Assembly (NCBI GenBank): GCA_030390025.1
Contig: JASTWF010000810.1
Coordinates: forward strand, 1-64,000
Length of the DNA: 64,000 nucleotides
Origin: Squalus acanthias
Taxonomy: Eukaryota
Direction: 5' to 3'
Translations under genes and position numbers: made by a program
In this document: piece after piece, positions 14,201 to 27,203 of the stretch
How positions within the stretch are numbered: the stretch's first letter is position 1
How the letters are laid out: each line of letters starts with the position of its first letter
Notes under the pieces: generated by a model
What the model saw: the letters and a program-made list of their open reading frames with translations, nothing else
Database searches by the model: none
Told to the model about the DNA's origin: nothing

Positions 14201-16415
14201 TTTCTTATCTCCACCCAAACTGATTCTATGTCTTGATCTTCGAGGCCAATATAATTTCTCATTATTGCACTGATCTCATGCCTTATTAACAGAGCTACAT
14301 CACCTCCTTTTACTTTCTGCCTATCGTTACGAAATGGGAAATACCCCTTAATATTCAGTTCCCAGCCTTGGTCACCTTGCAACCACGTCTCTGTAATGGC
14401 TATCAGATCATACCTATTTATTTCTATTTGTGCTGTCAACTCAACTATCTTGCTACGAATGCTGCGTGCGTTTAGATATAGAGCTTTCAATTTTGTCTTT
14501 TTACCATTTTTCCCTACTCTGGCACCTCTTTCTGATGCACTCTTATGTGTATACGCTCTGTCCCATCCTGTCACACTCTGGTTATCATTACCCCTATCGC
14601 TACCCTGCACTTTTGCCGTCTCATTTTTCTTTGACTTTTTAAATTTCCACTCAGCGTATCCCTACCCCCCACTATTTAGTTTAAAGCCCTATCCAAAGCC
14701 ATAGTTATTCGATTCGCCAGGATTCTGGTCCCAGCCAGATTCAAATGAAGCCCGTCCGAATGAAACAGTTCCCTCTTATCCCAGTACTGGTGCCAGTGCC
14801 CCAGGATTCGAAACCCATTTCTCACACAAAAATATTTGAGCCACTCGTTCATCTCGCTGATCGTATATACCCTATGTCAATTTGCACGTGGCTCAGGTAG
14901 AAATCCAGAGAATATTTCCTTTGTTGTCCTGCTTTTTAATGTAGCTGGTAGCTGCTCAGCAGATCCTTTTTCTTTGTCCTACCTATGTTGTTGGTACCTA
15001 CATGGACCACGACTACTGGATCTTTCTTCTCCCACTCTAAATTTCTCTCCAGCCCAGAAGAGATGTCCTTTACCCTGGCACCGGTCAGGCAACGCAGCCT
15101 CCGGGACCGTTGCTCTTGGTTGCAGAGAACAGTGTCTATCCCCCTAACTATACTGTCCACTACTACTACCACATTGCTTTTAGCTCCCTCCACTTGAATG
15201 GCTCCCTGTACCACGTTGCTTTGGTCAGTTTGCTCAGCCTCACTGCAATCCCTGCTCTCGCCCACACAGAGGGTAAGAAGCTCGCAACTGTTCGAAAAGA
15301 GCAAGGACTGAGGCTCCTCCACCGCTACCTCCTGGTTCCACATACCTGCCTCGCTCGAAGTCACACCCAGCTGTCCCTGACAACGCACCAAATTTGAATT
15401 AATTAATCTAAGGGGTGTGACTGCCTCCTGGAAGACAGCGTCCAGGTAACTCTCCCCCTCCCCGATGTGTCGCAGTGTTTGCAGCTCGGACTCCAGCTCA
15501 TCAACAGAAGCGGATGTTCCTCGAGTACGAACACTTACTGCAAAAGTGATTGTCATGGACCTCAATGGTATCCACCAGCTCCCACATGTTGTAGCAGTAA
15601 CACATCGCCTGCCCTTCCATCTTTAATGTATTTAATTAATAAAATGTATAAGTTTTGAACGTTAATTTTTTATTCCCTGCTCTTAATTTAAACCTATGTC
15701 CAAGAAAAGAGAAAAATACTGACGAACCAATCACTTCCCTGCATTCCTGTGACGTCAATCCTTGTTTTTGTTGTCAGGTCCGCTGCCTCTGCTCTCGGGC
15801 CTTCCTTTGCCCCACTGTTTATTTGCTCCGCCTCCCCTTTCGCTCAGATCCGCTGCCTTTGCCTTTTCCCTGTGATGTCAACTTTTATTTTTCTCCGAAT
15901 GCGGTTGGGGAGTTTCACATAGCCGAACTCCCGTTGGTTTTCTGTCCCCTATCGTGCAGATATTTAATTCCTGCTCTCCTGGAGGCTGACAAAGATAGAA
16001 AAAGAAGAAAGGAGCACCTCCCTCCCCTCCTCACCGAAGTTATGGAGGTGAAAGTAGCCAGTCTTGGTGATGGAGAGGATATGGTGACGGAATCTCAACT
16101 GCGGGCGAAAAAAGATACCAATCATGCAAACAATCCGGTTCAGCCTCAGACTGTGGCCACGGAGAAATATGGAGTCAGTGGCTAGGAAAGAAGCTTACAG
16201 CAGGGGCCAAAGACATTGAGTTTTTACTTTCCAATATTTAATTGGAGGAAATTTCTGCTCTTCCAATATTGGATGTCTGACAAGCCATTATCACAGCAGA
16301 GACAGTGGAGAGGCTGAGAGAGGTGGTGGTGAGTTTGAGCTGGGTCTTGGCAGCATACACGTGGAACCTGAAGTTGTGTTTTCGGATAATATCGCCGAGG
16401 GCCAGCATCAGAGGA
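11283..16415 (-). mobile_element. L2-clade LINE fragment (11283-11922 and 16039-16415) split by a CR1 insertion
   Basis: (AAC)n tail and ttgcatttatataacgcctt 3' end at 11283-11320; RT remnant MLALGDIIRKHNFRFHVYAAKTQL (degenerate YADD) near 16340-16410; flanks rejoin as gggcgat|gttatggagg. Confidence 0.75.
11923..16038 (-). mobile_element. CR1-clade LINE (second subfamily), near full length with internal RT deletion
   Basis: aacataag-type tail at 11923; RT pieces 12215-12505 and 12800-13165; endonuclease 13798-14610; ORF1 esterase 14936-15565 (VVDSIVRG, HVGTNNIG). The FADD-bearing part of RT is missing at a junction near 12730. Confidence 0.92.
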
Positions 16416-17517
16416 CAAAGATCCAATTGCCCCTGACAGTGGAGGAAATGGACAGGGGATAGGTTACAGGACAGAATTAGAGAAACCGAAGAGCTACTTT
16501 TAAGTTTTAAGATGACACAATGGATATAAATCAATGCTATTGGTCATGATGTATGACGCGCGGCTGATCTGATATCATCTGTTTCGCACTATCGCCAAAA
16601 TATGAAATTACCCCCAGAGGGTGCACTCTGCATAGAATGATGGAGAATGAGCTTACAACTGAGTAATGGTGCTGGCGACATAGAGTTGCTATTTGAAATA
16701 TTGCGCAGTGCCACACCCAGCACGGACACTTTCAGTTCTTCGTGTACGGTGTGCTCAGGTTATAGCTATACAGAACTATGAGCATAAAGAAACTTTAAAA
16801 GGGACTAACTTGAAACAGCATCATATTGTTTAGTAGATCAAGAAACTCTAAACACTAGTGTCGATGGTATTGACTCTGATTATTTGGGCATTTGACATCA
16901 TCGCGTGCCTATGACACAATTGCCCCAACAAAGGTTGTCAGTTCAAGCAACCTCGATTGTACAATCTATCGACTGTATGTCTGGACGCTGTCTCCAGAAT
17001 TGCTGGACTGGAATTATTTAATTGGAAAGGATATGTTCTACAGGAAACACTTGCATCATAAGGAACTAACCAAACTGAATGTAAAAGGTCAGCAATAAGG
17101 AATAGTTAAGGTTTCATTCCAGCAGAAGACCAACTTTAAATTGATGGCAGTACGGATAAATTGAATAAGATTCAACTGATATATGCATCTCATAGAAGGA
17201 GAAGTGTTTTTACAAATTGCAAACTACGAAGTCATGCTAAGGTAAAGCACAATAATGAGACGATCGGGTAGATTCCCCATAGGAATGAAAATCCTGCGTT
17301 TTGTTAAATGGGCGGTCGATCTGCAATGCCAGTTCTAAGCCAAGGCAGCAAGTTTTATACCCTAATCGATTTTCTTTTTCATTTACATCAATGGAAAATG
17401 AAGTCCCCAGTCTTAGTGTAAAATGGACTGCAGATTGCCAAGAGCCCACTTGATGCTACTGGCTTAGACGGATTTCGCAGCCACAGACCTCTGCTTGCCA
17501 TTTCGTTACGAATCTTT

Positions 17518-18494
17518 GGCCGAAATGTTCCCATCAAAAAACGCATGCGTTTGGAGCGTGAGTGCAGTTCAATTGTTAAAATCTGAATCTGAACCTGATC
17601 CCGCCTCCAATCCCCCCACTTCCGGTTTTCCCGGGGCAGGGCGGGACGGTGCGGTGTATAGGGGCGTGTGCCGGCAGCCAACACGCTGCCAGGGGGCGTT
17701 ACCACATTTTAAATATTGTAATGAGGCTGAAAGACTCTTTTTCCACTCCATTTTTTTTTACTGCCTGTGGACGAGTTTCACCCAATTTGTGAAACCTGAC
17801 AGTTAAACAGAGGCGGGGACTGCTGCATCCACGAGTTAAGTGGCTCTTCACCTACCTCCTAGATCGAGTGTCCAGACCATACACACCCACCCGAGATCCG
17901 AGACCGCCCCCCCTCGGCGATCACCTTCCCAGTCCTCACCCCGTCCACCCCAAGGCCTCCCGGGCCAACGATGATGATGAGGCCAGCCATGATCCTCTGG
18001 TGGTGGACCCCGCTCCTGCGGCGCCCCGCCGGCCCTCCGCCCCATCCCTGGCCGAACCACCCATGATCTACAGTCACGCCCCTGATCACCGATACCCCCG
18101 CAATCCCAGTTTGCCTGTTGATTCCTGACCACCCCCCATCATCTGCTGATCCTGCAAGTCCCCCCACCTTCATCTCTCCCCCCTCCCGATTGCTCTCCCA
18201 ACTCCCGATTGACGACCCCCGTCCCGATTGCCGATACTCGCGCGCCGATCCCGACCCCCTTCCCGCGATCCCTTCCCTGGACCGACCCGTCGTCTCTGAG
18301 GCCTACCCAACCGCAACTAGACCGCCTCTCAAGCTGTCTGGCTGTGGGCGGGAATCCGAGTCCTGGCATTCAAGTTTGCCCCTGATGGTATTATCGCCAT
18401 AATCTGAGCGAAACCCGGCCTCCCTGGTTTCCCGCCGGCCTCGGACCGTCCCTCCCCGCGCCACCAACATGCCTTCCCGAACGAAATTCCGGCC
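17518..18494. mobile_element. GC-rich non-autonomous DNA transposon-like element
   Basis: Imperfect terminal inverted repeats ggccgaaatgt ... aaattccggcc around a CpG/C-rich interior; no clear TSD; ORFs are low-complexity. Confidence 0.45.
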
Positions 18495-18708
18495 TACTGT
18501 TTGAAATATACATACTGTCAGTACATTTTTCCGCAAAACTTAATGCTTCACTTTTCTATGCATTGCAATACAAGTCCTGACTCATGTGCCCACTCTGCAA
18601 ACCTGGATATGTCCTACTGAAATGTCTTGATTCTTCCTTACAGTTTATTATTTTTCGAATTGAGTAATTTGGTATTATCAGGAAACTTCAGCAATCTTTT
18701 CTAGTGGT

Positions 18709-19032
18709 TGTTGTTAGATTAACCGAGTAGATTAATCCAAATTGTAAAGATTCCGACACAAGATAACATCAACGTGTTGGTTTTATTAATAATGACAGAA
18801 AGTACATACACGTCTACACGAATTTCTATCCAATCCAGGCGTGTTCTCAGAACAGACTATCAAAGAATTACGGAATGTGAACTATTTTATACACTCAGAG
18901 AAACAGTTAATAAAAAATGTCGGGTTCCTTGCTCTGAATTTATCAATTCGTAGATTAGTCATCTGATCCTCATGTATTATATGCTACTACACCAATAGAT
19001 GTCAATGTTGTACCACATATCCCCCATTCTCT
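18709..19032 (-). mobile_element. Putative 3' LTR with polypurine tract (LTR retroelement remnant)
   Basis: Minus strand reads AGAGAATGGGGGATA then TGTGG (start 19017), ATTGG, TATAAAA (~18885), AATAAA (~18782), ending in CA at 18743 or 18709-18712. Confidence 0.4.
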
Positions 19033-19928
19033 TTAGAATGTGGAGAATGTTTAATTTCTTAGTGAAATGTAAGACAATTTTGCAGATTATAAACATCGCA
19101 CCTTTCTAGAATACCGTAAACCAGCAATGTTGACTCGATACTAGCCATAATTCGTTCCGCGGATCTTTGCTTGCATTTAAATTGCCTTATACTGAAAATA
19201 TATCCTAATTACTTAGCTTTGGCCTGCAGAATCCTAACGACTTGATCTAAACGACGTTTTAGCGTCTATCACACAGAATACCGTTTCATAATGCAACGGT
19301 GTTAATACGGTCTTCTGTATTTTAAGCAATTTTCCACATTATTTCTCACCAAATGTTCTTAACTTTTCACTGAGTCATGCCTAATGTATGACTGCGGTTT
19401 CTACACATCCTGCTTTTCTGCAGCCCTCTATGCTAACTATCCCATGATAACCTTTCACCTGTGCCTGACTACTAACCTATTATATTACAAACTATCCTGC
19501 AACTATGTCCGAACTATTGACATGAAAGGAGAAACCATAGATTTCTAGTAAAGAGCCATGGGACACACAACCACTCACATCCCCAAATCTGAGAATGAAA
19601 ATCCATCTACATCTTTTCTTAGCTCTCTGCTCACTATCTAGCTCTCTAGTCACTTGCTTGTGTGCATTTTAATTCCACAGTGCGTATTTTCTGAAACAAC
19701 TCTCCATTTAGTCCTCTATCATTCTCAGTCATGCTTTTCATGCTCAGTTAGAAAAAAATCTACACCTGCATTAACTCTGATTCTAAGACAGCAAGCTTTA
19801 TTTTTTACGTCATGCAGAAAGGATTTGAGTACATAACTGCAAAGACTAACAATGCCATTAAACATTTCTGGTGTGACATCCAACGAGTGTAATGCAAATC
19901 TATCCTCAATTTTTCTGAGATAAGATAA

Positions 19929-20662
19929 TGGCCTGATTTTACAGGGCCTATGGCAGCCTATGCACAGCGTACGTGAGCTGCAAGTTCTGGGTTTCCGAAT
20001 GCGATGCGCTTGTGCAAAAATCCGGAACTGGCTAACTTTCTAATTTTCCGTTGACAAATTGTATCCATCCGCTGTAATTTCACTTTCACTGGCGTAGAGT
20101 TGAGCTATTTGCCCAATTACTGCCCGGCGAATACCCACCAAACCCATATGCCTGGTAAAAGCAGGCGTAAGGCTTTCTTTTACCAGGGCAAGGGTTAAAA
20201 TAAATGTTCAAATAACATTTTAAATGCTTTAAACATCACTTACATTTAAAGTGAGTTTAGGTTATTTTTGTCCGGCTTAAAAATGTATACATTTATTTTT
20301 CAAAAAATAATTTTAATTGTTAATGTTTAATCAAAGGCTATTTTAATTAATTTTGAACCTGTGATTATTTATTTTTATTTCATGGTTGTGAAATTGTATT
20401 TATTAGGCGATTTCTATTATGCTTATTGGGATTCCATACATAAAAGGAGTCCAATAGCATAATAGGATTTCCCGTTTATCATTGGTTGGGCTCCCCACGT
20501 GTTCCCAGGTACGCTTGCGAACAGCATGCGCCCTGGGATGCGTGGCGCTTTACGCAGGCGTCCCAATGGTCGGTAGCTCCGGAGACACCAAGTAAGTATG
20601 GAGTTTTCTTGCAGTTCGGAGGCGTTCGCGTGTAGCAAGCCGCCGACCGCAATTTCCAGGCA
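19929..20662. mobile_element. Harbinger-type MITE (family shared with 34798-35539 and 43434-44812)
   Basis: Imperfect TIRs tggcctgatttt / aatttccaggca flanked by TAA on both sides; internal palindrome ggtaaaagcaggcgtaaggctttcttttacc; core ccacgtg..ggtacgcttgcgaac shared with the other copies. Confidence 0.65.
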
Positions 20663-22717
20663 TAAATCTCGGTCTCCATACTCAATAACGTGAGTTGACC
20701 AGTTTCGTAAATATGTTCATAACTCGCAAGATGGCGATTAAAAATCTAAACCTATATTCAGAAAATATCTGAACCACCCAGAATATTTCCTCGAGTTGTT
20801 AATGACGAAATGTAAATAACGTTACTGCAAGAAACGCAGCTTTAATTGTTCAATATTTAAGGATAGGAAAGTGGGTCAAAGAAGATATGTTGATTGAACA
20901 TCAGGAAATTATTTTCCTCCTTCAAGAAGCAATACAGATTTGAAAAATTTGACCTCAAATCCAAGTATTTTCACAAATGTTGAGAAGCTGCCGGTTTCTC
21001 AAGCTATTTAACATCCTGATTCTTTTCCTTCTTGGGGCAGGTTGGGGAAATAAATTAAAGTTCTCTGGGGTGAGCAGGTGATGTAAGAGGGGTGTATATG
21101 ATTGAATAATCATATATGCACCTTGGATGCAGGGTGGATGGGCTAAATGGCATTAACATGCTTTGAAATTTCGCAAATGTATTATTATTATTGAAGGGAT
21201 AATTGGGCGAATACTAAAACAGTAGTAGTTTAAAATCATGAATGGCCTTTTAATTTGAAGAATGCAGACCTTCAAAGATGAAGTTGACAAGGTAACACGC
21301 GTTCAGCAGAGTGACGAATGTGATTGGGAAATACCAGTAAAATGTTTATTGAACTCGAGGTGAACACAACCGTGAAGCAGATGATGACAGCTGCAGAGAG
21401 TTTTCCCGTTGACCCAGTGAAAAGATGACACTCAGCGTTATTCTTAACACCGAGGTTCCTCCTCCGAGGAGAATGGACTTAAACAACAGAAACTGGCCAA
21501 GAAACGAGTGTCAGTACCTCCATAATTCTGCTCATTGATGGCGGAGGAGAGGGTGATTCTGGTTTCGTGTTGATAGATCCGCAGCAATAAATTTGCACAG
21601 ATGCACCAGCTCAATACACCGATCACCTGTTTTCTCCATCAGTAACTGTTTTAAGGGTGTCACCAGCAGTACCTTGTTTCTGGTTCTCGGCACCGTCCCA
21701 CGACTTTAGGAGTCTCGCCATTGTTACCTCTTTTAGAGTTTGCCCATTGGTAATTGTTTTATGGGACTTTCAAATTCATCATAAAATACTGTCCCGGATT
21801 CCCGGTCAGCTGCGAAGGAACGGCGCTCACCTATCATTACGCGGATAGATGCCCACAGATTTTCTGTGTGCTTTTGACAGCAATTTACAGTTCTTAGAAA
21901 TCTTTTGGAGCGCATGGACCTCTACAGGGGATCTATGGCATGTACGAGCCTTCAAAAAAGCGTGTCCCTTCAACCAATCAGATTCTAAACCATGAAGTAA
22001 AAATTAGAATATGAAATTAATTGTAAAATTATGTACTGAAAGTGAAATAAAGAGATGGAAAGAAAGATGGGAGGAGGAAAGAGAGAAAACAGAGACAGGA
22101 AGAAAAGTAAAAATAAATTGTAGCTGTTACATATTTTACATTTTTCAGCACCAGACACGTTGTTTGGCAGTAATCAAGACTTATCACGTCATTAAAAATT
22201 CCCTTATACCTGAATGCACCAGCCCTATTTTTTCTGGCGTGTTTAGTGGGTAACTTGTCGGTAAGTACAGCAACTGCACCCCATTACTTGGATTTCAATG
22301 CTGAGTGAATCCCAAGGGACCTGTGCAGCGCAACATGTGGACGAGCAGGGCAACCAAAAAGCAACTTCCGGATTTCCACATTTAACTACACATGTATGGA
22401 TTCCGAAAGATCCTGTCCGATTTACTCCATAATAACAGCGAGCGCTGATAGTCTCACCGCTTTTCATAACGCAAAATCAGTGCCATTTTATTTGTCGTTA
22501 AGAAGAATGTTCGTGTAGGGGAATGGGACACTTTCTAAGTTGGGTACTCCGTGTTCATTTCGAGCAGACAGGTAAGACATGGGCTATTAGCAACAGAAAG
22601 CCACTTCAGTATCCGCCCTGGAATTTACCTTTTCCCCAGACTCCATATAGCTCCCCCTATTAAATCAGTGCGAATTGCCTATTTTTTTACCTTAGCAGCC
22701 TTGTGTTCTTTGAGTGT

Positions 22718-23160
22718 CAGCTTGACACAGTGGTACTATTCTCGGATTTGAGTAAGAATACCAAGGGTTCCAGCCCGACTCCGAGATTTGAGCACATAAT
22801 TAAGATCAATAATTCAGTGCAGAACTGAGGGAAATGCGTCTTTTGGTTGATACCTCAAACGAGCACCCTGTGTCTGCCCTCTGAGGTGAACAAGAAAGCT
22901 TCCATGGCAACAGTTGAAGAAAAGCAAGTAAGTTCTCCAGGTGCCCCAGTCAGCATTCATTTTGTAAGCAACACCACCAAAACAGATTGGCCGGTCATTT
23001 ATTTCATTTGGCTTGGTGGGATTTTGCTGTGCACATTTCGGTTGCCGACATTGTTACTACATATGAGCAGTGATTACACTTTATAACGAATTTATTGGCG
23101 GTAAAACGCTTTGGAACGCCCTGAGGTCACGAGAGGCTCCGAATAAATCCATTGTTTCCA
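22718..23160 (+). mobile_element. tRNA-derived Deu-domain SINE (SacSINE1-like)
   Basis: Degenerate A/B-box head, gagcacataat..cagtgcag..ctgaggg, gtctgccctct core, L2-like tail aaacgctttgg..cctgagg; similar to 59740-60140 and 61600-62045. Confidence 0.7.
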
Positions 23161-23269
23161 ATTTCTTGGACTCAGCTCTGGTGATACTTCAAACAAGGCA
23201 AATTACTATGGTTGGTGATCTCTATTTGCATCATTTGGCCCAAGAATTAGTCTGGTCGCTATGACTTAA

Positions 23270-24278
23270 AATGAAAACTTTGCGATTTCGCTCAATCAGG
23301 ACAATTCTTTTCACTCGGTGGGTGAAGACCTCAAGAAGCTGTGTGTATCGGAATAACAAATGTCTCCTTGAAAGTTTCCTTTGGCCTGCACCTCAGATGA
23401 AATCGTCAAATCATCCGTTTCCGGGTTTTTATGATTTCTTGGAAATACCGAACAATAGAATATTTCAGGATAACGTTTATAATGTCGCTAATTAATTATC
23501 ATAACGTATCATTCCTGATTAAATAACTGCTTGACTAGTCAAGGGACCGATTTCTAAAGCTCACGCAAGAGTCATCAGATTTCCATCCGAAGTGGAAAAG
23601 AAAGACCGAGAGCAACCTTCTGTTGGGGCCAAAATATCGTGGTTGGAAATCATTACGATTTCAGTTTTTGACTTCAGGGAGGAAGAATGAAAAGGAAATT
23701 AAGAATGATTGATTGCCAAGAAATGCGAGAGCGCAAATTTAGTGTCAGTAATTGAAATGTGCATTTCCTTAGAAAAAGTGCACTAAAGGAGGTACAAAAC
23801 CAACCTGAGCTGCCAGCGAAGTAATATAGCAGAAAGGGTTAAATGTGGTTCGTATTAAACACAAAAGAATCGAATATGTCATTCGACATATAGCCCAATG
23901 CCCTGTAAATATGATTAAAATTAACTAAATTGTTTAAAAGTTACTATTTTTCTAGTGACCATCTTATGCCATTCAAATGTTATGAGTTATCAATCGTTCT
24001 GTAGCGATAGTAACTTTTGAATTTAATTCGTTTCAGAGCTAACCGATCAAAGGAAATTCAGATTACTGCAGCAGCCATTTTCATTTTTCTCTTTTTGACC
24101 CTGATTGAAAAGAGGCTGATTTGAAATAATTTCGTGAGTGGGAAGCAAAATACCTTTGTACTTATCTTGTACTTTCTGCATCCTGTCTCCAGAACTTGAC
24201 CTTTGCTTCACCCAGCGAGGTTCCATACATTGTGGGAGTAGAATTGTCCTGACTGAACGAAATCGCAAAGATTTCATT
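23270..24278. mobile_element. Non-autonomous DNA transposon with long imperfect TIRs, TTAA flanks (Kolobok/piggyBac-type target)
   Basis: Left end aatgaaaactttgcgatttcgctcaatcaggacaattct matches the reverse complement of the right end (aatgaaatctttgcgatttcgttcagtcaggacaattct); TTAA at 23266-23269 and 24279-24282. Confidence 0.6.
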
Positions 24279-24329
24279 TTAAGATATGATTTCATTGTCG
24301 TTGTACAAGGACTTCATGGTAAACCGTTA

Positions 24330-24835
24330 CAAATCTCTGGCTAGGACTCAGCTGGAGTATTGTGCACAAGTCTGGATAGCACACTTTAGGATTGATGTCA
24401 AGGCCCTGGGAGGGTAGTGAGGAAGTTTACCAGGTGGTACCAGGGATGAGGGAGTTCATTTACGTGGAGAGATTGGACAAGCTGGGATTTTTCTCATTTG
24501 AGCTGAGAAGGTTATGGGGAGACCAAATAAAATTATTCAATATTAGGAGGGGTATTGATAGAGCAAGTAGGTAGAAACTGTTTCATCTGGCAAGTGTTTC
24601 GGTTACCAGAAGTCATAGATTTAAAATGAATGGCAAAATAACTAGAGGGTAAAATAGGAGAAATTTCTTCAAACGGAGGGTTGATAGGATTTGGAACGCA
24701 CTACCTGAAATTTAGGTAGAATCAGATTCCATAGAAACTTTCAAAACGTATTTCGACATGTACTTGAATAGTGATGGGGAAAAGCTGGGGTATTGGACTA
24801 AATTGGAAAGCTCTTTCAAAGCGCCAGCACAGGCA
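24330..24835 (+). mobile_element. Old CR1 3' fragment
   Basis: ctggagtattgtgcaca..tttaccagg..ttggaacgcactacctga remnants of the CR1 RT C-terminus. Confidence 0.7.
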
Positions 24836-24944
24836 GGTTATATAACGAATAACGAATAAGGTGCGAATTTCATCTTTCTTTGCTTTTCCTTTCGCTCTTT
24901 CACAGCGTCGGTACAGGCAGCACCGGGTCAATGGCATCTTTCTC

Positions 24945-25925
24945 TGCTTTTCCTTTCGTTCCTGACAAGACCAGCATTTAATACCCATCCCTAATTGCCC
25001 TTAAGAAGGTGGTAGTGAGCCCCCTTCTTGAACCGCTGCAATCCCTGTGGTGAAGGTACTCCCATAGTGTTTTAAGGGAGGGAGTTCCATGATTTTGACC
25101 CAGCGACAATGAAGGAACAGCGATATATTTCCAAGTCAGAATGGTGCGTGACTTGGAGAGGAAATTAGAGGTGATGGAGTTCGCATGCGCCTGCTACCCT
25201 TGTCATTCTAGGTGGTAGAGCTCAAAGGTTTGGGAGGTGCTTTCCATGCTACCTTGGTGAGTTGCTGCAATGCATCTTGTAAATGTTACACACTGCGGCC
25301 ACGGTGCGCTGGTGGTGGAGGGAGTGATTGTTTAAGGTGGTGGATGGGGTGCCAATCAAGTGGGCTCCTTTGTCCTAGATGATGAGAGCTTCTTAATTTT
25401 CTTGGAGCTGCACGCATCCAGGCAAGTGGAGAGTATTCCATTACACTCCTGACTTGTGACTTCTAGATGGTGGAAAGGATTTGGAGAGTCAGGAGGTGAG
25501 ACACTCGCAGCAGAATACCCAGCTGCTGACCTGCTCTAAAGACATATTATTTGAGTCTGGTCCAGTTAAGTTTCTGGTCAATCATGACCCACAGGATGTT
25601 GATGGTGGAGTTTACGGCGATGGCAATTCCGTTGAATGTCAAGGGGTGGTGGTTAAATGCTCTCTTGCTGGAGGTAGTCATTGCCTGACATTTGTGTGGC
25701 TCGAATGTTATTTGCCATGTACCAGCCCAACCGTGAATGTCGTCCAGGTCTAGCTGCTTGCCGGCATGGACTGATTCGTTATCTGAGGAGTTGCGAATGG
25801 AACTGAACACTGCACAATCATCAGCGAACATCCCCAAATCTGACCATATGATGGAGGGAAGGTCATTGATGAAGCACAGAAAATGGTTGGGTATAGGACA
25901 CGGCCTTGAGGAACTCCTGTAAGAT
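24945..25925 (-). mobile_element. LINE RT 3' fragment (CR1/L2 group)
   Basis: GVPQGRVLYPTIF and MFADDCAVFSSIR..WQITFEPHKCQAM RT motifs; 3' end gcatttaatacccatccctaattgccc, similar to the repeat split at 5005/9481. Confidence 0.75.
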
Positions 25926-27203
25926 TATTTGATTCTGTGAAGGTACCTATTCTCTCTAACACACTTTATCAACAGACATTTTAATAACATGCCTCTATTG
26001 GTCAATGTATGTGGCTGGAACAAATCACTGGGCGCCTACAGTCTGTTAAGTAAACAGCTGTCAACCAGCTGGGTCATGTGAAAAATGACGGTCAGATCAA
26101 TAACTTGCAAACATAACTGAATGGATGAAACAGATCAACTTCTAAGTGTGAATACGTATAACGTGGTGCCTGATGGAACGGACTGAAGCGGAGGGAAATT
26201 GCAAGCTCTTTCAGCGAGCCGGTACGGACGAGTTGGGCCGAAATGTGTTGTTTAGTGATAGAAAATTCTATGAGTTGGTCATTCTGAGAAAACGACAGGT
26301 AACAATGGTTACCCGTGACAAATTATGCGATCTACTTAAGTAACCCACTCAATGCACCCGTACAAATCCACGCAGGCACACAAGTAGCATTTGCATTAGG
26401 AAGACAACTTGCTAATAATGTGTGATAAGGTTGGATGACGTGGGTTAGGAGGAGGCTCGTATATAGCATAAACACCAGCATGGACCGATTTGTATCTTTC
26501 TGTGCTTTACATGGCCAAGAAATTGATGAAGAAAGGGAAAATAGAATATGAGAGTAAACTTGCGAGAGACATAAAAACAGACTGTAAAAGCTTCTATATG
26601 TATGTGAAAAGGCAAAGATTAGCGAAAGTAAATGTGGGTCCCTTACAGGCCGAGACTGGAGAAATTATAATGGGGAATAAGGAAATGGCAGAGAATTTAA
26701 ACAAAGACTTTGGCCGCGATCTTGCCGGTGCTCAGAGGCGGGTCAGGTGTGAAAATGACAAAGGTTGACAGCGGATAGGGAACCCGCCGTCAACTCGCCT
26801 CCAAGCGAGTCTCCCAGGTGTCGGGTGAGTCGCCGCAAAACAGACCCGACACCAAGCGGCGGGGGAGGCAATTCAAATCATTAACTGGATTGTTAAGCAT
26901 CCAATTAACTGTTATTTGAATGCTGCATTTCAATTTTGCGTGCTCCCCAACGGGTTACCGCTGCTCGGTGAACATGTCAGCTCACCAGGTCGTGAATTGA
27001 CTCTGTATTGCATTATCTGGTTACCTGACAGCTGCAGATGTTGCATAAAGGATACCGTGTTGCAGCTGTTCACTTTCAGAGCTCAGAAACCGTTGGTTAC
27101 TGCATTTGGAAGAAATATACAGCCTTGTGCAGCTTGCAAGTGTTTGGAGCCAACTCTCTATCTACTTCCAACTCATTGGAACAACCTCTCTTAGCATTCA
27201 GTT

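Noticed and set aside
17848-18536. Overlapping Pro/Gly/Arg-rich ORFs as a gene
   Set aside because: Expected from stop-poor GC-rich repeat sequence; no domain or splice structure.
22718-22800. tRNA genes at SINE heads (also ~42450, ~59740)
   Set aside because: Degenerate boxes continue into SINE bodies and no cloverleaf forms.
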